39,448 bases of DNA from Methyloceanibacter sp. (GTDB taxonomy: Bacteria; Pseudomonadota; Alphaproteobacteria; Rhizobiales; Methyloligellaceae): contig DATLXW010000129.1 of the NCBI GenBank assembly GCA_035575415.1, positions 1-39,448 on the forward strand, read 5' to 3'. The translations under genes were made by a program, and so were the position numbers. The notes below the pieces were generated by a model. The model was not told the DNA's origin. It searched no databases and worked only from the letters and a program-made list of their open reading frames with translations. Shown here piece after piece: positions 24,357 to 34,991 of the stretch (position 1 is its first letter; the number at the start of each line of letters is the position of its first letter).

Positions 24357-25705
24357 CAGCGGTGGAGAACCACGCCACGTCGCAAGCCGGCGAAAAGGGA
24401 TGGCGGACGCTCTTGCAGCCTCTCCTGCTACTTGCCATGCGCGGCGGGAGCACGGTGGGGAAATTCCTGCTTGCCATCTATACGGCCCGCTATCTTGGGC
24501 TCGCCGATCTAGGCATTTACGGGTTGCTCGTCGGTGCGGTGACAATCATGCCGGCCGTCGCCGGCTTCGGCATGACCGAATGGATCATGCGCAAGATCGT
24601 CGATCTACCCCGTGCCGAGGCGCTCCCCCTCGTCGCGTCGAGACTCAGTCTCACGCTGATCGTCCACCTCATCGTTCAACCGATTGCGCTCGGGCTCGAT
24701 ATTCTTCTCGGCGAGCCGATCCCCTTGCATATCGCGATACTCTGCGGCGCCATCCTCCTGCTCGAAAATCTCGGCACGGAGGCAGTCGATATGTTGATCG
24801 CCCGCCGCCGCGTTCTGCTCGCTTATCTCCTGACCTTCTTGCGCACCGGCGCTTGGCCGTTTCCCGTCATCGCGATCGGGCTTCTTTATCCGCAAACGCG
24901 TACGCTCGAATTTCTGCTTCTCGGATGGCTCACGGTGCTGGTCGCCAACTGGCTGATCATGATCGGGCTTGTCGTCCCGGAAGGACGCTGGCGGCTCTTG
25001 CGGCCAGATGTCGGCGTTTTGCTGCGGGACCTGCATGGAATTCTGCTACTCTACGTCAAGGACGTGAGCACGACGGTCAGCATGTTCATCGACCGCTTCC
25101 TGATCTCGATGTTCCTCGGGCTCGAGCTGACTGGCGTCTATACTCTGTTCTGGTCGATCGCCAATGTCGTGCACTCGCTGTCGGTCTATGGCGTGCTACA
25201 GGCCCAACTCCCGCATTTGATCGCCACGGCGCAGACGCACGACAAAAGCGCGCTCGACGCCCTCGAGCGGCACCTTCAGATCGAGACCGGCCTTTGGACG
25301 CTACTGCTTGCCGCCGCCGCGGCCGTCGCCACGCCGCTGATGCTGCCTTATCTCGACCGGCCCCTGGTGCAGGACTATCTGCCGGTCTTTTGGGTCATAC
25401 TGGCGGCCACGCTTTTGCGCATCGCCGCGGACAGTTACGGCTTCCTGCTGCTCGCGCTGCATCGGGATCGGGCCATCGCGATCATCGCGCTTGGCGGCGC
25501 CATCGCGTCGGCGGCGTTGAATCTTCTGCTTACGCCCCTCGCCGGGCTTTGGGGGGCGTCGGCAGCCTATGTGCTCACCTCGGCCGGGCTCTTCATCGCC
25601 CGCTACGCGTTGGCAAGACCCGGCAAGGAGGCGGACGACAGTGACGCGGGTCTGACCGAGAGCGAAGCCAACCGCGCCGCCGTAGAAAGCGCCAATCTGC
25701 TCTAG
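24353..25705 (+). CDS. Wzx-like polysaccharide flippase (MOP superfamily)
   Basis: 450-aa multi-TM protein with ARYLG...LGIYG, IDRFLIS.FLG....GVY and LNLLLTP..GLWGA. ATG 24353 overlaps the upstream TGA (ATGA). Confidence 0.8.
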   Translation: MTAVENHATSQAGEKGWRTLLQPLLLLAMRGGSTVGKFLLAIYTARYLGLADLGIYGLLVGAVTIMPAVAGFGMTEWIMRKIVDLPRAEALPLVASRLSLTLIVHLIVQPIALGLDILLGEPIPLHIAILCGAILLLENLGTEAVDMLIARRRVLLAYLLTFLRTGAWPFPVIAIGLLYPQTRTLEFLLLGWLTVLVANWLIMIGLVVPEGRWRLLRPDVGVLLRDLHGILLLYVKDVSTTVSMFIDRFLISMFLGLELTGVYTLFWSIANVVHSLSVYGVLQAQLPHLIATAQTHDKSALDALERHLQIETGLWTLLLAAAAAVATPLMLPYLDRPLVQDYLPVFWVILAATLLRIAADSYGFLLLALHRDRAIAIIALGGAIASAALNLLLTPLAGLWGASAAYVLTSAGLFIARYALARPGKEADDSDAGLTESEANRAAVESANLL

Positions 25706-25723
25706 TCTTGAAGTTGGAGAGAG

Positions 25724-25801
25724 TGGTCGGAGCGGCGAGATTTGAACTCGCGACCCCCGGTCCCCCAGACCGGTGCGCTAACCGGGCTGCGCTACGCTCC
25801 G
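25724..25801 (-). tRNA. tRNA-Pro (anticodon GGG), CCA encoded
   Basis: Reverse complement CGGAGCGTAGCGCAGCCCGGTTAGCGCACCGGT-CTGGGGG-ACCGGGGGTCGCGAGTTCAAATCTCGCCGCTCCGACCA folds as a cloverleaf with a TTCAA T-loop. Confidence 0.97.
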
Positions 25802-25869
25802 AAGCTCTAATGGTTGGCTTCTCTCGATATATCGCTTAGGGCGCCGAAACAAGCCGTAACGGGCTGCCT

Positions 25870-26331
25870 TCAGTCCCTGGCCGCAGCCAAAATGCGCCGG
25901 CAGGCGTCGATCTCCTCGATCAGGGCGCCGATTTGCTTGGCATCGAGCCCCGAACGCTCGCCCTCCGCCGTTCGCGCCACCACAACGCTGCTCTTCGCAG
26001 CCTCTGCGGCGAGATCCGGGATTTGGGGCGGGCCATCGGTGTCCTCCCCGGCGTCCTCGGCGACGCTGCGATAGTGCATCACGAAACGGGGTCCGTGCTC
26101 GCGCAGGATCTTCTGCACCCCGCGAATGGTGTAGCCGTCGTTGTAGAGCAGGAAGCGGATCCCGCGCAGAAGCGCGACATCCTCGGGGCGGTAATAGCGC
26201 CGGCCTCCCCCCCGCTTCATCGGCTTGAGCTGGCTGAATTTCGCCTCCCAAAAGCGAAGCACGTGCTTCGGGACCTCAAGCTCCTCGGCGACCTCGCTGA
26301 TAGTCCGAAACGCTTCCGGCGCCTTGTCCAA
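25870..26331 (-). CDS. MerR-family HTH transcriptional regulator
   Basis: [13 protein letters not shown]...[36 protein letters not shown] start after GGAGGAGG. It follows ihfA. Confidence 0.92.
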   Translation of the reverse strand: MDKAPEAFRTISEVAEELEVPKHVLRFWEAKFSQLKPMKRGGGRRYYRPEDVALLRGIRFLLYNDGYTIRGVQKILREHGPRFVMHYRSVAEDAGEDTDGPPQIPDLAAEAAKSSVVVARTAEGERSGLDAKQIGALIEEIDACRRILAAARD

Positions 26332-26367
26332 CGCTTCCTCCTCCCTGGCGTCGATCTGAGAGCAACG

Positions 26368-26685
26368 CTACTCGGCCGCCTTTCTCCGGGAGAGCGCGTC
26401 GTTGATGCGCTGCTTCATTATGTTGCTCGCACGGAAGACCAGCACGCGGCGCGGCGTGATCGGAACTTCCTGGCCGGTCTTAGGGTTGCGGCCTATGCGT
26501 TGCCCTTTGTCGCGGATGCCGAAGGATCCGAACGAGGACAACTTTACAGTGTCGCCGCGTTCCAGGCTCGCCACGATCTCGCGCAAGATCATCTCAACGA
26601 TCTCTGCCGATTCGTTGCGCGGCAAACCCACCTTTTGAAACACAGCTTCCGCCAAATCGGCGCGCGTCAGTGTCTTCCCGCTCAT
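26368..26685 (-). CDS. ihfA: Integration host factor subunit alpha
   Basis: [41 protein letters not shown]. Confidence 0.97.
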   Translation of the reverse strand: MSGKTLTRADLAEAVFQKVGLPRNESAEIVEMILREIVASLERGDTVKLSSFGSFGIRDKGQRIGRNPKTGQEVPITPRRVLVFRASNIMKQRINDALSRRKAAE

Positions 26686-26720
26686 TTGCGTACGCTCCCC
26701 CAGTCGCGGGACTAATCAAG

Positions 26721-26750
26721 ATGCTAATCGAGCGAATGCGAGGCGGTCAA
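26721..26750 (-). promoter_or_regulatory. Putative sigma70 promoter of ihfA
   Basis: Minus strand TTGACC (26750-26745), 18-bp spacer, TAGCAT (26726-26721). Confidence 0.55.
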
Positions 26751-26831
26751 TCTGTCCCACGATCAAAATGCTGATTTTGCATCCTTTTCCAACAGGGTGT
26801 GGCTTTCGCGCGGCACTCCTCGATTTTCGCG

Positions 26832-27809
26832 CTACCAACGAACGAGAACGGCTCCCCAGGTGAAGCCGCCGCCCATGGCTTCGAGCAGCACAAGGTCTCC
26901 AGGCTTGATCCTGCCATCGGCCCTGCCCTGACTCAAGGCCAAGGGAATCGAAGCCGCCGATGTATTGGCATGCTTATCGACTGTCACAATTACCTTGCTC
27001 GGGTCCAAGCCAAGTTTCCGCGCAGCACCGTCCAAGATACGCTTATTGGCCTGATGCGGCACGAACCAGTCTATATCCGAGGCTTTATAGCCGGCTTGGG
27101 TAAGGGTTGAGTCGATGACCTCGCTGATCTTGGTGACGGCGTGGCGAAATACCTCCGGCCCGTCCATACGCACATGTCCAACAGTGCCGGTCGAAGAGGG
27201 GCCGCCGTCGACATAGAGCTTGTCGCGATAACGGCCGTCGGAACGGAGGCTGGTGGCGAGGATGCCCCGGTCGGTCAGGGCGCCGTTCAACTTCTGCGCT
27301 TCGACTACAACCGCTCCGGCGCCGTCGCCGAACAACACGCAAGTGGAACGGTCATGCCAGTCGAGAATGCGCGAAAACGCCTCGGCTCCGATCACGAGCG
27401 CGCGCTTGAACATGCCGCCTTTCAGATAATTGTCGGCAGTCGCCAGCGCGAAAACGAAGCCTGAGCAGACGGCCTGCATGTCGAAAGCGGCGCCTTGGGT
27501 GATGCCGAGTTCGGCTTGGATCGTCACCGCGGTGGCGGGAAAGGTCTGATCAGGTGTCGAGGTGGCAAGAATGATGAGGTCGATGTCCTCGGGCGCAAGG
27601 CCGGCATCGTCGAGCGCCGCGCGCGCCGCGACCGCGCCCATAGAGGACGTAAGCTCGCCTTCCGCCGCGATCCGCCTTTCCTTGATGCCGGTGCGCTCGG
27701 TGATCCAGCGGTCGGAGGTGTCGACCATGGCGGCAAGGTCGTCATTGGTGAGAACCCGCGTCGGCAGGTACCCGCCACAACCCCGAATGACCGACCTGAT
27801 CTTACTCAC
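26832..27809 (-). CDS. fabH: Beta-ketoacyl-ACP synthase III
   Basis: [18 protein letters not shown] (catalytic Cys), [31 protein letters not shown]. Confidence 0.97.
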   Translation of the reverse strand: MSKIRSVIRGCGGYLPTRVLTNDDLAAMVDTSDRWITERTGIKERRIAAEGELTSSMGAVAARAALDDAGLAPEDIDLIILATSTPDQTFPATAVTIQAELGITQGAAFDMQAVCSGFVFALATADNYLKGGMFKRALVIGAEAFSRILDWHDRSTCVLFGDGAGAVVVEAQKLNGALTDRGILATSLRSDGRYRDKLYVDGGPSSTGTVGHVRMDGPEVFRHAVTKISEVIDSTLTQAGYKASDIDWFVPHQANKRILDGAARKLGLDPSKVIVTVDKHANTSAASIPLALSQGRADGRIKPGDLVLLEAMGGGFTWGAVLVRW

Positions 27810-27826
27810 GCCCCTACTCCCAAAGC

Positions 27827-28870
27827 CTAGGCCGCGCCCTCAAGCTCCAATTTGGAGTGAAAACCGGCGATATCGTTTGCCAGGCGCTTCACCACACCGC
27901 TCGACGCCATGTCGTAGGCAAGATCGATGGCGCTGGCGAAGCCCGTCGCATCCGTCCCCCCGTGGCTTTTGACGACGATGCCGTTCAGCCCCAGAAATAT
28001 GCCGCCGTTCAACTGGCGCGGATCCATTTTCTCTTTGAGCGCGCGGAACGCACCTTGCGCCAGAACCGCGCCCAAGCGAGCCAAAAGCGTCCGCCCCATG
28101 GCCGCGCGCAAATATTCGCCGATTTGCTTAGCCGTTCCTTCGGCGGTCTTCAAGGCGATGTTGCCGGTAAAGCCGTCGGTTACCACGACGTCGACCACAC
28201 CCCGCCCGACGTCGTCGCCCTCGACGAAGCCGTGATAGCGGATCGGAAGGGGCGAGTCCTTCAGCAAGGCGGCGGCCTTCTTGATCTCGTCGAGCCCTTT
28301 GACCTCCTCGACGCCGATATTGAGCAGCCCGACCGAAGGCCGCTCGATGCCAAAAAGCGCGCGCGCCATAGCGGCGCCCATCAAGGTAAACTCGACGAGC
28401 TGGCGGGCATCGGCGCCGACATTCGCGCCCACGTCCAACACGATACATTCGCTGTCGATGGTCGGCCAGATGGCGGCGATGGCCGGACGGTCGACGCCCT
28501 CGATCGTCTTCAAGCAGAACTTGGCCATAGCCATCAATGCACCGGTATTTCCGGCCGACACGGCGGCGTCGGCGCGTCCATCCTTTACCGCTTCGAGGGC
28601 GAGCCACATGCTCGAATGGTAACGGCCCTTGCGCAAGGCTTGGCTGGGCTTGGCGTCCATGGCGACTGCCAAGTCCGTGTGTACCAGCTCGCAATGCGCG
28701 GCGAGTGCGGGATGCGCTTCGAGCTCCGGCTCGATCGACGCCGCGTTGCCCACGAGGAGGAAGCGCGCCTCGGGATGGCGAATGAGCGCAATGGCCGCCG
28801 CCGGGATGACCACGCTCGGACCGTGGTCCCCGCCCATGGCGTCAAGCGCTATGGTGACTGGAGCACCCAT
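27827..28870 (-). CDS. plsX: Phosphate acyltransferase PlsX
   Basis: [54 protein letters not shown]. Start is ATG 28870 or GTG 28876. Confidence 0.96.
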   Translation of the reverse strand: MGAPVTIALDAMGGDHGPSVVIPAAAIALIRHPEARFLLVGNAASIEPELEAHPALAAHCELVHTDLAVAMDAKPSQALRKGRYHSSMWLALEAVKDGRADAAVSAGNTGALMAMAKFCLKTIEGVDRPAIAAIWPTIDSECIVLDVGANVGADARQLVEFTLMGAAMARALFGIERPSVGLLNIGVEEVKGLDEIKKAAALLKDSPLPIRYHGFVEGDDVGRGVVDVVVTDGFTGNIALKTAEGTAKQIGEYLRAAMGRTLLARLGAVLAQGAFRALKEKMDPRQLNGGIFLGLNGIVVKSHGGTDATGFASAIDLAYDMASSGVVKRLANDIAGFHSKLELEGAA

Positions 28871-28996
28871 CTTCACTGCCGTTCGATGAGGATTGACTTT
28901 ATGCAGCGGACCGGCCGCGGCACCCCCCGGAAATGAGACCCGAATAGACTTAAAAGCAAGCCAGTGACAACCGGATTTTGGCGCCGCGGCCCGGCC

Positions 28997-29542
28997 TCAG
29001 CGGCGCTTCAGCGACGCGAGGGCGGCAAAAGGACCTGCCGGAGGCGACTCTTGCCTGCCGGGCGCTCCGTCGTGCCATTCGAAACGCGCTCCTTCGCGCT
29101 TGGGATAGGGGTCGAGCTGGGTGGCCAGCGTTTCGTAGATCAAGGGCCCAAGGTCGATTATGCCGTCGACGATGGCTTCGGGCCAATCTAGGAGGCCCGT
29201 GTGCCCGGGTTCCTCGCTGCTTCTTTCGAGCGCATCGATGAGAAAGGCCGGCCAGAAATCGACCTCCACCGGAATGTCGAGACTGGCGGCTACCGGGTCG
29301 AGCGACACGACACATGTTTGCGTGACTTCGGCGGCGAGTCTGCCGTTGAGACGGAAGCGTCCTTCATCGCCGCGCGTGAGCCGATAGGTGAAGACTAGGC
29401 GGTCGAGTGCTACGAGATCGAGCATGCGGGCAATCGCCTCGCGCTCGGCTACGGTGACGGCAATTTCGCCGCTCGCGACGTCCCCGATGTCTTCGACCTT
29501 GAGCGGCCGTGAGAGCAGAGCCCGGTCAGGAGCGTTGGTCAT
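28997..29542 (-). CDS. DUF177/YceD family protein
   Basis: A.VTQTCVVSLDPV, IDLG, LDPYPK..GA and PFAALASLK. Upstream of plsX. ATG at 29542. Confidence 0.88.
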   Translation of the reverse strand: MTNAPDRALLSRPLKVEDIGDVASGEIAVTVAEREAIARMLDLVALDRLVFTYRLTRGDEGRFRLNGRLAAEVTQTCVVSLDPVAASLDIPVEVDFWPAFLIDALERSSEEPGHTGLLDWPEAIVDGIIDLGPLIYETLATQLDPYPKREGARFEWHDGAPGRQESPPAGPFAALASLKRR

Positions 29543-30107
29543 TGGGGCCACCGTTTCGCAATCCTCCGCCGCAGGCCTTGGGAAACTGTATTTCGCCGTT
29601 GCAAAGCGCGGCCAAGGACTGCCCTTCAAGCATATTTGTCATAGCTATTAGATAGCGCGAGAGTGCGGAAGTTGCATCCCCCGCAAGCCCTTCCGCTTCG
29701 CCGAGAGGGACGGCCTCCGCAATGGCGCGTGCAAGGGCCTCCTCCCCGGCGGGCAGGGCTTCAGCGTAGCTGGAAAACAGGGCCGCACTGGCAGCGGCAA
29801 GACCTCGCATTTTTTTGGGGATGCTGAGATCGCCGACGCCGATCTCCCGCATCACGACTTCCATGTCTGCGGTGAAGCGGTCGCTAAGCCCTTGCGCGAG
29901 GTTGAGCGCCTCTGCCCCCTCCCCTTTGAGGCGGTAGAGCAGTGCGAAGAGGTGAAGCGAGAGCACGAGAAAGCGCCCTTGCAATGTGTCGGGAACAGAG
30001 AGACTTCGGTAGAAGACGGGGAGCCGTGCCTGCGCCACAATCGCGCCATAGAGTTTGGCTGCGTTTCCGGGGGCGATGCGCCTAAGGTCTGGTTCGTGTG
30101 GGTTCAA
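29526..30107 (-). CDS. Ubiquinol-cytochrome c chaperone (Cbp3-like)
   Basis: LY.AIVAQAR.P.FY...VPDT..GRF..L.LH and REIGVGDLSIPKKM motifs. Start codon uncertain. Confidence 0.85.
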   Translation of the reverse strand: MNPHEPDLRRIAPGNAAKLYGAIVAQARLPVFYRSLSVPDTLQGRFLVLSLHLFALLYRLKGEGAEALNLAQGLSDRFTADMEVVMREIGVGDLSIPKKMRGLAAASAALFSSYAEALPAGEEALARAIAEAVPLGEAEGLAGDATSALSRYLIAMTNMLEGQSLAALCNGEIQFPKACGGGLRNGGPNDQRS

Positions 30108-30175
30108 GGCAGCGCTCGCGGCGTAAGTTTGGGCGCCAAGCCGCGCCGGTTGGGGCTATCGAGGGACATTTGGAT

Positions 30176-30679
30176 TTGCGCAAGCTCACGCTTGTTTCGA
30201 TAAAGGCGGCCGTTCCGGTGTTTGCCGCGCTTCTGTTGAGCGCGCTTACCGCAGGGTGCGGCGCGCAGATCGATCGGCATGGCCATGTCTTCATGGACGT
30301 CGACGTGCAAGCGGTTCAGCCCGGCATGACCAAGGAAGAGGTCACCCAAGTCCTCGGTTCTCCCGATACCACGAGCGCGATCGGGGGCGACGCTTATTAC
30401 TACATCTCCAGTACGCAAAAATCCGTCGCCTTCCTTAAGCCGTGGGAAATCGACCGCCAAGTGGTCGCCGTCTATTTCGACGGCAGCCAGAACGTCCAGC
30501 AAGTCGCCCATTACGGGCTGAAAGACGGGATCGTCGTCAACTACCTCAAAGACGAGACGCCTGCACGCGGCAAGGACCTCGGGCTGCTCGAGCAAATCTT
30601 CGGCAACCTCGCCAATCGCAGCATGCTCAAAGACACGCGACAGCCCGGCGTCGATCCGACCCGTCCCGGCGGGCTCTAA
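30176..30679 (+). CDS. bamE: Outer membrane protein assembly lipoprotein BamE (SmpA/OmlA)
   Basis: Lipobox TAGC, then HG, PGMTKEEV...LGSP, YYYIS, QVVAVYFD, YGLKDG. TTG 30176 follows GAGGGA (TTG 30170 is an alternative start). Confidence 0.88.
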   Translation: MRKLTLVSIKAAVPVFAALLLSALTAGCGAQIDRHGHVFMDVDVQAVQPGMTKEEVTQVLGSPDTTSAIGGDAYYYISSTQKSVAFLKPWEIDRQVVAVYFDGSQNVQQVAHYGLKDGIVVNYLKDETPARGKDLGLLEQIFGNLANRSMLKDTRQPGVDPTRPGGL

Positions 30680-30682
30680 GTC

Positions 30683-32803
30683 CTATTGGTGCGCGAGCAC
30701 GGCGAGCAACAACAGGGCGACGATATTGGTGATCTTGATCATCGGGTTGACCGCGGGTCCGGCGGTATCCTTGTAAGGATCGCCGACCGTGTCGCCGGTC
30801 ACCGCGGCTTTGTGCGCCTCCGAGCCTTTACCACCGTAATTGCCGTCCTCGATATATTTCTTGGCGTTATCCCAAGCGCCTCCGCCGGCCGTCATGGAAA
30901 TGGCGACGAAAAGCCCGGTGACGATCACGCCGAGCAACATGGCGCCGACGGCCGAGAAGGCCGCGCTTTTTCCGGCAATCGCGTTGATGACGAAGTAGAA
31001 CACGATCGGCGATAGCACCGGCAGCAAGGAGGGCACGATCATTTCCTTGATTGCGGCGCGGGTGAGCAGATCGACGGCACGGCCGTAATCGGGACGATCG
31101 GTACCCTTCATGATGCCCGGCTTTTCTTTGAATTGACGGCGCACTTCCTCGACGATAGCGGAGCCTGCGCGTCCCACCGCGGTCATGGCGATGCCACCGA
31201 AAAGGTAGGGGAGCAGGCCGCCGAGGAAAAGCCCGACCACCACGTAGGGATTTGACAGGGTAAAGGTCGGATCGACGCCGGTGAAATAGGGGAATTTGTC
31301 GGCATTTGCCGCGAAATATTTCAAGTCTTCGGTATAGGCCGCGAACAGCACCAGCGCACCGAGACCTGCCGAGCCGATGGCGTACCCCTTGGTCACGGCC
31401 TTGGTGGTATTGCCCACGGCATCGAGCGCATCGGTCGATTTGCGCACTTCCTTCGGCAGTCCCGCCATCTCGGCGATGCCGCCGGCATTGTCCGTCACCG
31501 GGCCGAACGCATCGAGCGCCACCACCATACCGGCGAGCGCCAGCATCGTCGTGACCGCAACGGCGATGCCGAACAGGCCGGCCAGGATGTAGGAGACGAC
31601 GATTCCAGCCATGATGACCAACGCCGGCAGCGCGGTGGCTTCCAGCGAAACGGCAAGGCCCTGGATGACGTTGGTGCCATGACCCGTCACCGAAGCCTTG
31701 GCGATCGAGTGCACTGGCCGAAAGCGCGTGCCGGTATAATACTCGGTGATCACGACGATCAGTGCGGTGACGATGAGGCCGACCGCGCCGCAATAAAACA
31801 GCGCCTTGCCGGTGAAACTCACCTCGCCGACCTTCATCGCCGTATCCATGCCGACGAGAGCGGCGGTAACGGGCCAAAGCAGGATCAGCGAGAGGATGCC
31901 GGTCGCGATCACGCCCTTATAGAGCGCGCCCATGATCGACTGAGTCTTGCCAAGCCGCACAAAGAAAGTGCCGATGATCGAGGTCAGCACACATACCGCG
32001 CCGATGGCGAGCGGGTAGAGCATCATCTCCATAAGGCGGTCGCCGCCGGCGAAATAGATCGAGGCGAGCACCATGGTCGCCACCACGGTGACGACGTAAG
32101 TCTCGAACAAGTCTGCGGCCATGCCGGCGCAGTCGCCGACATTGTCGCCCACGTTGTCGGCGATGGTGGCCGGATTACGGGGGTCGTCCTCGGGAATGCC
32201 GGCCTCGACTTTGCCGACGAGATCGCCGCCGACATCGGCCCCCTTGGTGAAGATGCCCCCGCCAAGTCGCGCGAAGATAGAGATCAGGGAAGCGCCGAAG
32301 CCGAGCGCCACGAGCGCATCGACCACACTGCGTGAAGCGGGGCTATAGCCGAGAATTTGTGTGAGCACGAGGAAATAGATCGAGACGCTGAGGAGCGCGA
32401 GGCCGGCCACGAGAAGACCGGTAATGGCGCCGGCGCGGAAGGCAAGGCTCAGACCGTCGGCGAGGCTCTTGGTGGCGGCCTGAGCCGTCCTCAAATTGGC
32501 GCGCACCGAGACATTCATACCGATATAGCCGGCCGCGCCAGAGAGCACAGCGCCGAGCGCGAAGCCGGCCGCTGGAGCAAGGCCAAGAAGATAAGCGAGA
32601 ACGACAAAGATCAACACGCCGACAAGGGCGATGGTGGTGTATTGGCGGGCGAGATAGGCTTGCGCTCCTTCCTGAATCGCGGCGGCGATTTCCTGCATGC
32701 GCGCCGTGCCTTGGTCTGAGGCGAGGACTGCCCGCGTCGTCCACACCCCATAGGCGATCGAGAGCGCTCCGCAAGCGATAATCAGGTAGAGAACCCAGGT
32801 CAT
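30683..32803 (-). CDS. hppA: Membrane-integral ion-pumping pyrophosphatase, K+-independent H+-PPase type
   Basis: [58 protein letters not shown] (Lys at the K+-dependence site), [19 protein letters not shown]. Confidence 0.96.
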   Translation of the reverse strand: MTWVLYLIIACGALSIAYGVWTTRAVLASDQGTARMQEIAAAIQEGAQAYLARQYTTIALVGVLIFVVLAYLLGLAPAAGFALGAVLSGAAGYIGMNVSVRANLRTAQAATKSLADGLSLAFRAGAITGLLVAGLALLSVSIYFLVLTQILGYSPASRSVVDALVALGFGASLISIFARLGGGIFTKGADVGGDLVGKVEAGIPEDDPRNPATIADNVGDNVGDCAGMAADLFETYVVTVVATMVLASIYFAGGDRLMEMMLYPLAIGAVCVLTSIIGTFFVRLGKTQSIMGALYKGVIATGILSLILLWPVTAALVGMDTAMKVGEVSFTGKALFYCGAVGLIVTALIVVITEYYTGTRFRPVHSIAKASVTGHGTNVIQGLAVSLEATALPALVIMAGIVVSYILAGLFGIAVAVTTMLALAGMVVALDAFGPVTDNAGGIAEMAGLPKEVRKSTDALDAVGNTTKAVTKGYAIGSAGLGALVLFAAYTEDLKYFAANADKFPYFTGVDPTFTLSNPYVVVGLFLGGLLPYLFGGIAMTAVGRAGSAIVEEVRRQFKEKPGIMKGTDRPDYGRAVDLLTRAAIKEMIVPSLLPVLSPIVFYFVINAIAGKSAAFSAVGAMLLGVIVTGLFVAISMTAGGGAWDNAKKYIEDGNYGGKGSEAHKAAVTGDTVGDPYKDTAGPAVNPMIKITNIVALLLLAVLAHQ

Positions 32804-33000
32804 GACGGCTGCCTCTTAAGCGTTAAACGTTCAATTTGGATTGGCGGGACAATCGGCACTGAAAGGCGGCATGCGATGATGCCCCGGCCCCGAGCCCCGT
32901 AGATTGGTCTGAAAGCCCGCGGGAAAATGCCAAAACTGCCGCCGGGACGCAACAGAAGCCTCTAGGGGCGTCAATTTGGCCCTTTCGCTCGGTCGGGCCC

Positions 33001-34020
33001 CTAGAAATGGGCAAATCCCTTACGCTGGAGCGGCAACGGCTTGCCGTCCGGTGCAATAACGCGCACGGCCTCCTTTTGCCCCTCTATTCGGCCGATGACG
33101 GCGATGGGGACGCCGCGATTGGCCGACTCGGCTTCGAAGGCTGCCGCATTCATCTCGGTGACGCTCGCCACGATCTCGTAATCGTCTCCGGCCGTGAGCA
33201 AGGAGGGGAGAAGATCGGGATCGCACTCAAGCGCTTTGCGGGCGGCCTCCGACAAGGGAATTTCGCCGGCCTCGATGAGAGCGCCTGCGTGGGACATCTT
33301 GGCCAGCTTGTCGATATCGCCGACCAGTCCGTCGGAGACGTCGATGGCGGCCTGAGCGAAGTTGCGCAAAGGGATGATGAAATTGCAGCGCGGTGTGGGG
33401 CGCCGATAGCGTTCGACCAGGAAGTCCTGTTCCGACTCGCTCAGGTTCCAGTCTCGGGCAAGCTTCGGCTGCTGCAACAGGCGCAGGCCGAGAAAGGCGT
33501 CGCCGATCGTGCCACTGACATAAAGGCTGTCGCCCGGCTTTGCGCCGTGACGGAAGACAGCGTGGCCGTGCGAGACAAGGCCGAGCGCCGTAACGGTGAT
33601 GGTGATGGGACCCGGGCTCGCGGTGGTGTCGCCGCCCATGAGCGAGATTCCGGTCTGCTCCTGAAGTTCCCAAAGGCCTGCGGCGAAAGACTCGAACCAC
33701 TCGGCCGGCGTACTGTTCGGAACAGTGAGGGCGAGAAGATAGCCGTAGCCGCGCGCGCCCTTTGCGGCGAGGTCGGAAAGATTGACGGCGAGCGCCTTGT
33801 AGCCGACCGTATTCGGCGGGTCGCCGCTCAGAAAGTGCACGTTCTCGATCAGGGTGTCGCAGGTGGCGACAAGCTCGTAGCCCTCGGCGACGACGAGCAC
33901 CGCGGCGTCATCGCGAAGCGCAAGCGCGGCGGAGTCGGTCGCAAGCGGCGCGAAATAGCGGGCGATGATTTCGAACTCCCCGGGTCCCCTCTTACCGCCT
34001 TGTCCGCGATTGTCAGCCAT
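33001..34020 (-). CDS. thiL: Thiamine-monophosphate kinase
   Basis: EFEII, DDAA, NLSDLAAKGA, GGDT, SGTIGD, IDVSDGL..D, GDDYE and C-terminal GFAHF. ATG 34020 overlaps the nusB end. Confidence 0.95.
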   Translation of the reverse strand: MADNRGQGGKRGPGEFEIIARYFAPLATDSAALALRDDAAVLVVAEGYELVATCDTLIENVHFLSGDPPNTVGYKALAVNLSDLAAKGARGYGYLLALTVPNSTPAEWFESFAAGLWELQEQTGISLMGGDTTASPGPITITVTALGLVSHGHAVFRHGAKPGDSLYVSGTIGDAFLGLRLLQQPKLARDWNLSESEQDFLVERYRRPTPRCNFIIPLRNFAQAAIDVSDGLVGDIDKLAKMSHAGALIEAGEIPLSEAARKALECDPDLLPSLLTAGDDYEIVASVTEMNAAAFEAESANRGVPIAVIGRIEGQKEAVRVIAPDGKPLPLQRKGFAHF

Positions 34021-34510
34021 TTTGGGTGCCTTGCTGTGCAAATTCCTGCGGCCGCAATTCATGAGCGAGTTTGTCGAGGATGCCGTTGACGACCTTCGGC
34101 TCGTCTTCGTCGAAGAAGGCGTGCGCGACATCGACATATTCGGAAATGACGACGCGGGCCGGTATGTCCGGGCGCGCCAGAATTTCGAACACGCCGGCGC
34201 GCAGAACCGCGCGCAAGATCGAATCGACGCGCGTAAGGCGCCAGCCTTCGGCGAGCTGCTGATCGATCAAGGGGTCGATCTTGAGCTGCTCGCGCACCAC
34301 GCCCTGCACGAGATTGCGGAAGAACGCCTCCTCCGCACGGTGGAATTCGCAGCCTTCGACCTCCTTACCGAGTCTATGCGCTTCGAACTCGGCGATCACG
34401 TCGTTCAGGTCGATGCCGGTCATGTCCATCTGGTAGAGCGCCTGCACCGCGGCCAGCCGCGCAGCGCTGCGGGAGGCGGCACGGGCGCTTATTTCGCCTC
34501 GCTTGTTCAT
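34013..34510 (-). CDS. nusB: Transcription antitermination factor NusB
   Basis: RSAARLAAVQALYQ, W...R...ILRAVLR.G.FE, VISEYV, VNGILD. Confidence 0.96.
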   Translation of the reverse strand: MNKRGEISARAASRSAARLAAVQALYQMDMTGIDLNDVIAEFEAHRLGKEVEGCEFHRAEEAFFRNLVQGVVREQLKIDPLIDQQLAEGWRLTRVDSILRAVLRAGVFEILARPDIPARVVISEYVDVAHAFFDEDEPKVVNGILDKLAHELRPQEFAQQGTQNG

Positions 34511-34514
34511 GGTG

Positions 34515-34985
34515 CTAGCGCCGGCTCGCCGAGGAAAAATGCCGCTCGAGCTGCATCAAGGTGAGACAGGCGCGCGCCGCATCGCCGCCCTTATTGCGGC
34601 CGTCGACGCTCGCCCGCTCCCAAGCCTGCTCCCTGCTCTCGCAGGTAAGGATGCCGAAACCGATCGGAACCGCGTGCTGCACGGCGAGCTGATGCAGGCC
34701 GGCCGATGATTCCCGCGCGACGATATCGTAATGGGTGGTCTCGCCCCGGATAACGCAGCCGAGCGCGATGCAGCCGCGATGCCGCCCGGCCCTTCCGACA
34801 TATCCGTTAGCGAGCGCAAGGCTCAAGGCCGGCGCGATTTCGAGCGCGCCGGGTACGGGCAAGCGCTCATAGGGTACGCGGTTGACCTCGAGTTCGTGGA
34901 CGGCGCCGTTGGCAAGTTCATCGGCGATGTCCTCGTAGAAGCGCGCCTCGATAATGAGCACGGAACGAGGGCCTTTGCGCGACAT
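34515..34985 (-). CDS. ribH: 6,7-dimethyl-8-ribityllumazine synthase
   Basis: ARFY..I, VPGALEI, ALGCVIRGETTHYD, GILT, QA.ERA and NKG..AA. Confidence 0.95.
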   Translation of the reverse strand: MSRKGPRSVLIIEARFYEDIADELANGAVHELEVNRVPYERLPVPGALEIAPALSLALANGYVGRAGRHRGCIALGCVIRGETTHYDIVARESSAGLHQLAVQHAVPIGFGILTCESREQAWERASVDGRNKGGDAARACLTLMQLERHFSSASRR

Positions 34986-34991
34986 GGCGGC

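Noticed and set aside
13378-25801. Polysaccharide locus as a genomic island integrated at the tRNA-Pro 3' end (wzx stops 18 bp from the CCA)
   Set aside because: I saw no integrase or transposase, no duplicated tRNA 3' end (att) at the other border, and no obvious compositional shift by eye.
28877-28996. Missing rpmF (L32) between DUF177 and plsX
   Set aside because: No L32-like ORF is in the 120-bp gap. As I recall, this arrangement without rpmF is common in Hyphomicrobiales, so it is not treated as an anomaly.
32804-33000. ncRNA or repeat in the hppA upstream spacer (TCAATTTGG twice, CTGAAAG twice)
   Set aside because: The repeats are short and irregularly spaced with no convincing fold. 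It is most likely an ordinary promoter and leader region.
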